Positions 26,742 to 33,423 of a stretch of 33,423 nt of DNA are shown here, piece after piece; position 1 is the first letter of the stretch; each line of letters begins with the position of its first letter. The DNA comes from a virus (taxonomy: Duplodnaviria; Heunggongvirae; Uroviricota; Caudoviricetes). The DNA is taken from IMG/VR virus record IMGVR_UViG_2541047939_000004; one strand, 5' to 3'. The notes beneath the pieces are model-generated. The model did not search any database. It worked only from the letters and a program-made list of their open reading frames with translations, and was not told the DNA's origin. Position numbers and translations under genes: made by a program.

Positions 26742-28236
26742 TCTTTCACACATTATTGCCGCAGCATTCAATGAACCGCTGCTTCTGGAGCCCGCCTATG
26801 CGCGGGTTTTCTTTTGCGCGCTCGGGCGCGAGATGGGGGCAGCAAGTCTTTCGGTACCACAACAGCAGGTACAGTTTGATGCTCCCGGAATGCTGGCTGA
26901 AACGGACGAGTACATGGCCGGAGGTAAACGACCGGCCCGTGTTTACCGGGTGGTGAACGGTATTGCTGTACTGCCGGTGACCGGCACGCTGGTGCACCGG
27001 CTGGGTGGTATGCGGCCATTTTCCGGAATGACAGGCTATGACGGCATTGTCGCCTGTCTTCAGCAGGCAATGGCGGATAGCCAGGTGCGGGGCGTACTGC
27101 TGGACATTGACAGTCCGGGCGGGCAGGCCGCCGGCGCGTTTGACTGCGCTGACATGATTTACCGCCTCCGTCAGCAGAAGCCGGTCTGGGCACTGTGCAA
27201 TGACACGGCCTGTTCTGCAGCCATGCTGCTGGCGTCGGCCTGCTCCCGACGGCTGGTTACCCAGACATCCCGTATCGGCTCCATTGGCGTGATGATGAGC
27301 CATGTCAGCTATGCCGGTCATCTGGCGCAGGCCGGTGTGGATATCACGCTGATTTACTCAGGGGCGCACAAGGTGGATGGCAATCAGTTTGAAGCGTTGC
27401 CGGCAGAGGTTCGCCAGGACATGCAGCAGCGGATTGATGCGGCGCGCCGGATGTTTGCCGAAAAAGTGGCGATGTATACCGGTCTGTCTGTTGATGCCGT
27501 CACGGGAACAGAGGCTGCCGTTTTTGAAGGTCAGTCCGGCATTGAGGCCGGGCTGGCGGATGAATTAATCAATGCGTCGGATGCCATCAGTGTGATGGCC
27601 ACGGCGCTGAACAGTAATGTCAGAGGAGGCACTATGCCGCAATTAACTGCAACGGAAGCCGCCGCGCAGGAGAACCAGCGAGTGATGGGGATCCTGACAT
27701 GCCAGGAAGCGAAAGGACGTGAACAGCTTGCCACGATGCTGGCAGGACAACAGGGCATGAGCGTTGAACAGGCCCGGGCGATTCTGGCCGCGGCGGCACC
27801 GCAGCAGCCGGTGGCATCCACGCAGAGTGAAGCCGATCGCATTATGGCGTGTGAAGAAGCGAACGGTCGTGAACAACTGGCGGCAACGCTGGCGGCGATG
27901 CCGGAGATGACGGTGGAAAAAGCCCGCCCGATCCTGGCTGCTTCACCGCAGGCGGATGCCGGACCATCACTCCGTGATCAGATCATGGCACTGGATGAGG
28001 CAAAAGGGGCTGAGGCGCAGGCTGAACAGCTGGCTGCCTGCCCGGGAATGACAGTGGAGAGCGCCCGGGCTGTGCTGGCTGCGGGATCAGGTAAGGCAGA
28101 ACCGGTCTCTGCATCCACAACCGCCATGTTTGAACATTTCATGGCGAACCATTCACCGGCAGCGGTACAGGGTGGCGTGGCACAGACGTCAGCAGACGGT
28201 GATGCGGACGTGAAAATGCTCATGGCCATGCCATGA
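26731..28236 (+). CDS. C: Head maturation protease/scaffold C (S49 family), extended
   Basis: GTG 26731 with SD GGAAGAGGAG; lambda gpC-like N-terminal protease domain; C-terminal region carries three ~45-aa repeats; 501 aa against 439 in lambda. Confidence 0.85.
   Translation: MRRNLSHIIAAAFNEPLLLEPAYARVFFCALGREMGAASLSVPQQQVQFDAPGMLAETDEYMAGGKRPARVYRVVNGIAVLPVTGTLVHRLGGMRPFSGMTGYDGIVACLQQAMADSQVRGVLLDIDSPGGQAAGAFDCADMIYRLRQQKPVWALCNDTACSAAMLLASACSRRLVTQTSRIGSIGVMMSHVSYAGHLAQAGVDITLIYSGAHKVDGNQFEALPAEVRQDMQQRIDAARRMFAEKVAMYTGLSVDAVTGTEAAVFEGQSGIEAGLADELINASDAISVMATALNSNVRGGTMPQLTATEAAAQENQRVMGILTCQEAKGREQLATMLAGQQGMSVEQARAILAAAAPQQPVASTQSEADRIMACEEANGREQLAATLAAMPEMTVEKARPILAASPQADAGPSLRDQIMALDEAKGAEAQAEQLAACPGMTVESARAVLAAGSGKAEPVSASTTAMFEHFMANHSPAAVQGGVAQTSADGDADVKMLMAMP
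27634..28236 (+). CDS. nu3: Nu3-like scaffold, in-frame internal start within C
   Basis: ATG 27634 in C frame preceded by strong SD GAGGAGG; ~200 aa, analogous to lambda Nu3 nested in C. Confidence 0.45.
   Translation: MPQLTATEAAAQENQRVMGILTCQEAKGREQLATMLAGQQGMSVEQARAILAAAAPQQPVASTQSEADRIMACEEANGREQLAATLAAMPEMTVEKARPILAASPQADAGPSLRDQIMALDEAKGAEAQAEQLAACPGMTVESARAVLAAGSGKAEPVSASTTAMFEHFMANHSPAAVQGGVAQTSADGDADVKMLMAMP
27661..28095 (+). repeat. Three divergent tandem repeats (~145-155 bp) inside C/Nu3
   Basis: Peptide repeats QRVMGILTCQEAKGREQLATMLAGQQGMSVEQARAILAAAAP / DRIMACEEANGREQLAATLAAMPEMTVEKARPILAASP / DQIMALDEAKGAEAQAEQLAACPGMTVESARAVLAAG. Confidence 0.6.
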
Positions 28237-28272
28237 AGTCAGTGCTGACCATCAATAGGAGGTTTTTACAAT

Positions 28273-28620
28273 ATGGTGACGAAAACCATCACTGAACAGC
28301 GTGCGGAAGTACGTATTTTTGCCGGTAATGATCCGGCTCATACCGCCACAGGCAGCAGCGGGATTTCCTCGCCAACACCGGCACTGACGCCCCTGATGCT
28401 GGATGAAGCCACCGGGAAACTGGTGGTCTGGGACGGACAGAAAGCCGGTAGTGCGGTTGGCATACTGGTACTGCCGCTTGAAGGCACAGAGACGGCGCTG
28501 ACGTATTACAAGTCGGGAACCTTTGCGACGGAGGCAATCCACTGGCCTGAAAGTGTGGATGAACACAAAAAGGCCAACGCCTTTGCTGGCAGTGCCCTGA
28601 GTCACGCGGCGCTGCCGTAA
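28273..28620 (+). CDS. D: Head decoration protein D
   Basis: SD AGGAGG; motifs DPAHTAT, TPLMLD, AVGIL, YKSGTF shared with lambda gpD. Confidence 0.9.
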   Translation: MVTKTITEQRAEVRIFAGNDPAHTATGSSGISSPTPALTPLMLDEATGKLVVWDGQKAGSAVGILVLPLEGTETALTYYKSGTFATEAIHWPESVDEHKKANAFAGSALSHAALP

Positions 28621-28677
28621 CACGTTATCAGGCCACCGCGGTGGCCTGACTGATTTCTGAATGAAAGGAACTGATTT

Positions 28678-29706
28678 ATGGGATTGTTTACGACCCGCCA
28701 GTTACTCGGTTATACCGAACAAAAAGTTAAATTTCGTGCGCTGTTTCTGGAGCTGTTTTTCCGCCGTACGGTGAATTTCCATACCGAAGAGGTGATGCTG
28801 GACAAAATTACCGGAAAAACGCCGGTGGCGGCCTATGTCTCCCCGGTTGTTGAAGGAAAAGTGCTGCGTCATCGTGGTGGTGAAACCCGCGTGTTGCGTC
28901 CGGGCTACGTCAAGCCGAAACACGAATTTAATTACCAGCAGGCGGTTGAGCGCCTTCCTGGTGAAGATCCATCTCAACTGAATGATCCGGCTTACCGCCG
29001 TCTGCGTATCATTACCGATAACCTCAAACAGGAAGAGCACGCGATTGTCCAGGTGGAAGAAATGCAGGCGGTAAATGCTGTGTTGTATGGCAAATACACC
29101 ATGGAAGGAGACCAGTTCGAGAAAATTGAGGTCGATTTTGGCAGGTCGACGAAGAATAACATCACTCAGGGTAGTGGTAAGGAGTGGTCAAAACAGGATC
29201 GTGACACGTTCGATCCTACACATGATATTGACCTCTACTGCGACCTGGCCAGCGGTCTTGTGAATATTGCCATTATGGACGGTACCGTCTGGCGTCTTCT
29301 GAATGGTTTTAAGCTGTTCCGCGAAAAACTGGATACCCGTCGCGGTTCAAATTCTCAACTCGAAACGGCAGTGAAAGATCTGGGCGCAGTGGTGTCCTTC
29401 AAGGGGTATTACGGCGATCTGGCCATTGTGGTGGCGAAAACGTCTTATATAGCAGAAGACGGTATCGAAAAACGTTATCTTCCAGATGGCATGCTGGTTC
29501 TGGGGAATACTGCTGCAGATGGGATCCGTTGTTACGGTGCCATTCAGGATGCTCAGGCGTTGTCCGAAGGTGTGGTGGCCTCTTCCCGTTATCCGAAACA
29601 CTGGCTGACGGTAGGGGATCCCGCCCGTGAATTTACCATGACGCAGTCCGCGCCGCTGATGGTGTTGCCGGACCCGGATGAGTTTGTGGTGGTACAGGTG
29701 AAATAA
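28678..29706 (+). CDS. E: Major capsid protein E
   Basis: 342 aa, strong similarity to remembered lambda gpE throughout. Confidence 0.95.
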   Translation: MGLFTTRQLLGYTEQKVKFRALFLELFFRRTVNFHTEEVMLDKITGKTPVAAYVSPVVEGKVLRHRGGETRVLRPGYVKPKHEFNYQQAVERLPGEDPSQLNDPAYRRLRIITDNLKQEEHAIVQVEEMQAVNAVLYGKYTMEGDQFEKIEVDFGRSTKNNITQGSGKEWSKQDRDTFDPTHDIDLYCDLASGLVNIAIMDGTVWRLLNGFKLFREKLDTRRGSNSQLETAVKDLGAVVSFKGYYGDLAIVVAKTSYIAEDGIEKRYLPDGMLVLGNTAADGIRCYGAIQDAQALSEGVVASSRYPKHWLTVGDPAREFTMTQSAPLMVLPDPDEFVVVQVK

Positions 29707-29757
29707 TCCGTGAGCGGGGGCGAAATGCCCCCGTGTCTTTTTTCACAGGGGGCTGAT

Positions 29758-30132
29758 ATGGCAACGAAAGAGCAAAATCTGAAACGGCTTGATGAACTGG
29801 CCCTGATTCTGGGGCGTGAGCCGGATATATCCGGGAGTGCCGCAGAGATAGCGCAGCGGGTGGCAGAATGGGAAGAGGAAATGCAGTCATCCGGCGATGA
29901 TGTACAGGTTATGAATATGGATATCCGGGAGCGGGAAACCGCGGCTCATGATGTTCGTGAGGAAACATCCGGCGCGTTAACGCGCATCAGAGTTCTGACC
30001 TGCCTCCATCTCTGTGGCGTTGATGGTGAAACGGGGGAATCCGTTGAGCTTGCGGATGTTGGTCGGGTGATTCTGATTATGTCCTCAGATGCAAAAACAC
30101 ACGTTGATGGTGGAATGGCTGTTTATGCGTGA
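29758..30132 (+). CDS. FI: FI-like DNA packaging protein
   Basis: ATG 29758 after G-rich SD; acidic ~124-aa protein at the FI position; weak similarity to lambda FI. Confidence 0.6.
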   Translation: MATKEQNLKRLDELALILGREPDISGSAAEIAQRVAEWEEEMQSSGDDVQVMNMDIRERETAAHDVREETSGALTRIRVLTCLHLCGVDGETGESVELADVGRVILIMSSDAKTHVDGGMAVYA

Positions 30133-30478
30133 TTTTCAGAATGCCTTTGATGCCGCCCTTGCCGGGGTGGACAGTACGATTGTTGAAGTGATGGGCATCA
30201 GTGCGCAGTTCACCTCCGGTGCACAGCGTGGCGGCGAGGTTCATGGCGTTTTTGACGATCCGGAGTCGCTGGGTTTTGCCAGTAGTGGGATCCGTATTGA
30301 AGGAAGTAACCCGTCATTATTTGTGCTTACGGATACGGTTTGTGCTGTACGGCGTGGTGACACGCTGACCATTAACGGCGAGATGTTCTGGGTGGACCGT
30401 GTTTCTCCGGATGACGGAGGGAGTTGTTATCTCTGGCTCAACCGGGGGCAACCACCTGCCGCCAGCCGTCGCCGCTGA
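30125..30478 (+). CDS. FII: Head-tail connector FII
   Basis: ATG 30125 overlapping FI; C-terminal RRGDTLTI...FWVDRVSPDDGGSC.LWL.RG.PP matches lambda FII. Confidence 0.85.
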   Translation: MRDFQNAFDAALAGVDSTIVEVMGISAQFTSGAQRGGEVHGVFDDPESLGFASSGIRIEGSNPSLFVLTDTVCAVRRGDTLTINGEMFWVDRVSPDDGGSCYLWLNRGQPPAASRRR

Positions 30479-30489
30479 AAGGGGGATGT

Positions 30490-31068
30490 ATGGCCATAAA
30501 AGGTCTTGAGCAGGCCGTTGAAAACCTCAGCCGTATCAGCAAAACGGCAGTGCCTGGTGCCGCCGCAATGGCCATTAACCGCGTTGCTTCATCCGCGATA
30601 TCGCAGTCGGCGTCACTGGTTGCCCGTGAGACAAAGGTACGCCGGAAACTGGTAAAGGAAAGGGCCAGGCTGAAAAGGGCCACGGTCAAAAATCCGCAGG
30701 CCAGAATCAAAGTTAACCGGGGGGATTTGCCCGTAATCAGGCTGGGTAATGCGCGGGTTGTCCTTTCGCGCCGCAGGCGTCGTAAAAAGGGGCAGCGTTC
30801 ATCCCTGAAAGGTGGCGGCAGCGTGCTTGTGGTGGGTAACCGTCGTATTCCCGGCGCGTTTATTCAGCAACTGAAAAATGGCCGCTGGCATGTCATGCAG
30901 CGTGTGGCCGGGAAAAACCGTTACCCCATTGATGTGGTGAAAATTCCGATGGCGGTGCCGCTGACCACGGCGTTTAAACAGAATATTGAGCGGATACGGC
31001 GTGAGCGTCTTCCGAAAGAGCTGGGCTATGCGCTGCAGCATCAACTGAGGATGGTAATAAAGCGATGA
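30490..31068 (+). CDS. Z: Tail completion protein Z
   Basis: ATG 30490; 192 aa MAIKGLEQAVENLSRISKTAVPGAAAMAINRVASS... near-identical to remembered lambda Z. Confidence 0.9.
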   Translation: MAIKGLEQAVENLSRISKTAVPGAAAMAINRVASSAISQSASLVARETKVRRKLVKERARLKRATVKNPQARIKVNRGDLPVIRLGNARVVLSRRRRRKKGQRSSLKGGGSVLVVGNRRIPGAFIQQLKNGRWHVMQRVAGKNRYPIDVVKIPMAVPLTTAFKQNIERIRRERLPKELGYALQHQLRMVIKR

Positions 31069-31460
31069 AACATACTGAATTCCGTGCAGCCGTACTGGAT
31101 GCACTGGAAAAACATGACACCGGGGCGACGCTTTTTGATGGTCGCCCCGCTGTTTTTGATGAGGCGGATTTTCCGGCAATTGCCGTTTATCTCACCGGCG
31201 CTGAATACACGGGCGAAGAGCTGGACAGCGATACCTGGCAGGCGGAGCTGCATATTGAAGTTTTCCTGCCTGCTCAGGTGCCGGATTCAGAGCTGGATTC
31301 GTGGATGGAAAGCCGGATTTATCCGGCGATGAGCGATATCCCGGCACTGTCAGATTTGATCACCAGTATGGTGGCCAGTGGCTATGACTACCGGCGCGAC
31401 GATGATGCGGGCCTGTGGAGTTCAGCCGATCTGACTTATGTCATTACCTATGAAATGTGA
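31065..31460 (+). CDS. U: Tail terminator U (copy 1)
   Basis: 131 aa, near-identical to remembered lambda U; ATGA overlap with Z. Confidence 0.9.
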   Translation: MKHTEFRAAVLDALEKHDTGATLFDGRPAVFDEADFPAIAVYLTGAEYTGEELDSDTWQAELHIEVFLPAQVPDSELDSWMESRIYPAMSDIPALSDLITSMVASGYDYRRDDDAGLWSSADLTYVITYEM

Positions 31461-31467
31461 GGACGAT

Positions 31468-32208
31468 ATGCCAACACCAAATCCTCTGGCACCGGTGAAA
31501 GGGGCCGGAACCACACTGTGGGTTTATAACGGGAGCGGCGACCCTTATGCAAACCCGCTTTCAGACAATGACTGGTCGCGTCTGGCAAAAATTAAAGACC
31601 TGACGCCCGGCGAACTGACCGCTGAGTCCTATGACGACAGTTATCTCGATGATGAAGATGCGGACTGGACCGCGACCGGGCAGGGGCAGAAATCCGCCGG
31701 AGATACCAGCTTCACGCTGGCGTGGATGCCCGGAGAGCAGGGGCAGCAGGCGCTGCTGGCGTGGTTTAATGAAGGTGATACCCGTGCCTATAAAATCCGC
31801 TTCCCGAACGGCACGGTCGATGTGTTCCGTGGCTGGGTCAGCAGTATCGGTAAGGCGGTGACGGCGAAGGAAGTGATCACCCGTACGGTGAAGGTCACCA
31901 ATGTGGGCCGTCCGTCAATGGCAGAAGATCGCAGTACGGTGACGGCGGCAACCGGTATGACCGTGACGCCTGCCAGCTCCTCGGTGGTGAAAGGGCAGAG
32001 CACCACGCTGACCGTGGCCTTCCAGCCGGAGGGCGCAACTGACAAGAGCTTCCGTGCGGTGTCAGCGGATAAAACAAAAGCCACCGTGTCGGTCAGTGGT
32101 ATGACCATCACCGTGAACGGCGTTGCTGCAGGCAAGGTCAACATTCCGGTTGTATCCGGTAATGGTGAACTTGCTGCGGTTGCAGAAATCACTGTCACCG
32201 ACAGTTAA
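31468..32208 (+). CDS. V: Major tail protein V (copy 1)
   Basis: ATG 31468; 246 aa, near-identical to remembered lambda V. Confidence 0.9.
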   Translation: MPTPNPLAPVKGAGTTLWVYNGSGDPYANPLSDNDWSRLAKIKDLTPGELTAESYDDSYLDDEDADWTATGQGQKSAGDTSFTLAWMPGEQGQQALLAWFNEGDTRAYKIRFPNGTVDVFRGWVSSIGKAVTAKEVITRTVKVTNVGRPSMAEDRSTVTAATGMTVTPASSSVVKGQSTTLTVAFQPEGATDKSFRAVSADKTKATVSVSGMTITVNGVAAGKVNIPVVSGNGELAAVAEITVTDS

Positions 32209-32223
32209 TCCGGAGAGTCAGCG

Positions 32224-32727
32224 ATGTTCCTGAAAACCGAATCATTTGAACATAACGGCGTGACCGTCACGCTTTCTGAACTGTCAGCCCTAAAGGTACG
32301 CCGGAAACTGGTAAAGGAAAGGGCCAGGCTGAAAAGGGCCACGGTCAAAAATCCGCAGGCCAGAATCAAAGTTAACCGGGGGGATTTGCCCGTAATCAGG
32401 CTGGGTAATGCGCGGGTTGTCCTTTCGCGCCGCAGGCGTCGTAAAAAGGGGCAGCGTTCATCCCTGAAAGGTGGCGGCAGCGTGCTTGTGGTGGGTAACC
32501 GTCGTATTCCCGGCGCGTTTATTCAGCAACTGAAAAATGGCCGCTGGCATGTCATGCAGCGTGTGGCCGGGAAAAACCGTTACCCCATTGATGTGGTGAA
32601 AATTCCGATGGCGGTGCCGCTGACCACGGCGTTTAAACAGAATATTGAGCGGATACGGCGTGAGCGTCTTCCGAAAGAGCTGGGCTATGCGCTGCAGCAT
32701 CAACTGAGGATGGTAATAAAGCGATGA
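32224..32727 (+). CDS. Chimeric ORF: gpG N-terminal 23 aa fused in frame to gpZ C-terminal ~144 aa (duplication junction)
   Basis: MFLKTESFEHNGVTVTLSELSAL (lambda G start) then K-VRRKLVKERARLKR... identical to Z residues from ~49 onward; junction at 32291/32292. Confidence 0.6.
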   Translation: MFLKTESFEHNGVTVTLSELSALKVRRKLVKERARLKRATVKNPQARIKVNRGDLPVIRLGNARVVLSRRRRRKKGQRSSLKGGGSVLVVGNRRIPGAFIQQLKNGRWHVMQRVAGKNRYPIDVVKIPMAVPLTTAFKQNIERIRRERLPKELGYALQHQLRMVIKR

Positions 32728-33119
32728 AACATACTGAATTCCGTGCAGCCGTACTGGATGCACTGGAAAAACATGACACCGGGGCGACGCTTTTTGATGG
32801 TCGCCCCGCTGTTTTTGATGAGGCGGATTTTCCGGCAATTGCCGTTTATCTCACCGGCGCTGAATACACGGGCGAAGAGCTGGACAGCGATACCTGGCAG
32901 GCGGAGCTGCATATCGAAGTTTTCCTGCCTGCTCAGGTGCCGGATTCAGAGCTGGATTCGTGGATGGAAAGCCGGATTTATCCGGCGATGAGCGATATCC
33001 CGGCACTGTCAGATTTGATCACCAGTATGGTGGCCAGTGGCTATGACTACCGGCGCGACGATGATGCGGGCCTGTGGAGTTCAGCCGATCTGACTTATGT
33101 CATTACCTATGAAATGTGA
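32724..33119 (+). CDS. U: Tail terminator U (copy 2)
   Basis: Same protein as copy 1, offset +1659 bp; at least one synonymous difference (ATT/ATC at 31256/32915). Confidence 0.85.
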   Translation: MKHTEFRAAVLDALEKHDTGATLFDGRPAVFDEADFPAIAVYLTGAEYTGEELDSDTWQAELHIEVFLPAQVPDSELDSWMESRIYPAMSDIPALSDLITSMVASGYDYRRDDDAGLWSSADLTYVITYEM

Positions 33120-33126
33120 GGACGAT

Positions 33127-33423
33127 ATGCCAACACCAAATCCTCTGGCACCGGTGAAAGGGGCCGGAACCACACTGTGGGTTTATAACGGGAGCGGCGA
33201 CCCTTATGCAAACCCGCTTTCAGACAATGACTGGTCGCGTCTGGCAAAAATTAAAGACCTGACGCCCGGCGAACTGACCGCTGAGTCCTATGACGACAGT
33301 TATCTCGATGATGAAGATGCGGACTGGACCGCGACCGGGCAGGGGCAGAAATCCGCCGGAGATACCAGCTTCACGCTGGCGTGGATGCCCGGAGAGCAGG
33401 GGCAGCAGGCGCTGCTGGCGTGG
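33127..33423 (+). CDS. V: Major tail protein V (copy 2, truncated by window end)
   Basis: Identical N-terminus to copy 1, offset +1659 bp; continues beyond the window. Confidence 0.8.
   Translation, partial: MPTPNPLAPVKGAGTTLWVYNGSGDPYANPLSDNDWSRLAKIKDLTPGELTAESYDDSYLDDEDADWTATGQGQKSAGDTSFTLAWMPGEQGQQALLAW

Larger units (their letters stand above)
30633..33423 (+). repeat. Tandem direct duplication, unit 1659 bp (Z 3' part-U-V-G 5' part); second copy runs to window end
   Basis: 30633-32291 repeated from 32292 onward; U and V starts offset by exactly 1659 bp; near-identical with at least one SNP. Confidence 0.85.

Noticed and set aside
30424-30489. Upstream extension of Z in the ORF track (214 aa)
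   Set aside because: Lambda-like Z starts at MAIKGLEQ (ATG 30490) with its own SD; the extension overlaps the FII 3' end.
1-33423. tRNA genes, IS elements or transposases
   Set aside because: No cloverleaf-like conserved tRNA sequence, terminal inverted repeats or transposase-like ORF seen by eye; a tRNA scan was not run.

Overview
This window is the left arm and head/tail-proximal part of a lambdoid (lambda-like) prophage, most likely from an E. coli-type host, running from int at position 1 into the tail genes at the right edge. All protein matches are from reading the translations against remembered lambda and DLP12 sequences; no database search was run. Gene order: int-xis, a minus-strand accessory (b-region) block (ASCH-like, DUF550/551-like, Ead/Ea22-like, TraR-like), lambda-like orf63/orf60a, exo-bet-gam, kil-cIII, ea10, ral, orf28, sieB, N with nutL, an immunity region with a non-lambda cI and cro, a cII with lambda-identical C-terminus plus OOP RNA, O (with ori iterons)-P-ren, a nin region (ninB, Dam-like methyltransferase, ninE, rusA, ylcG), a DLP12/82-type Q, an intact NmpC-like porin moron on the opposite strand, S21-type pinholin, SAR endolysin, Rz/Rz1, bor, a TonB-C-like lipoprotein moron, cos, then Nu1-A-W-B-C(Nu3)-D-E-FI-FII-Z-U-V. 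The strongest candidate for an undescribed system is a two-gene cassette (9983-11289) in the rexA-rexB slot between cI and pL; it is SD-led, translationally coupled, terminator-capped and AT-rich, and neither protein resembles RexA/RexB or any family I can recognise by eye. The other main anomaly is a 1659-bp tandem duplication (Z 3' part-U-V-G 5' part) at the right edge that creates an in-frame G'::Z' chimeric ORF. Smaller observations include a +1 frameshift separating the GamL N-terminal extension from GamS, a tripled repeat in gpC/Nu3, and covarying double hairpins at nutL and nutR. Many starts in the ORF track are non-ATG or over-extended; the starts given here were re-placed using SD sequences and ATGA/GTGA stop-start overlaps. 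No tRNA, CRISPR array or IS element was seen.
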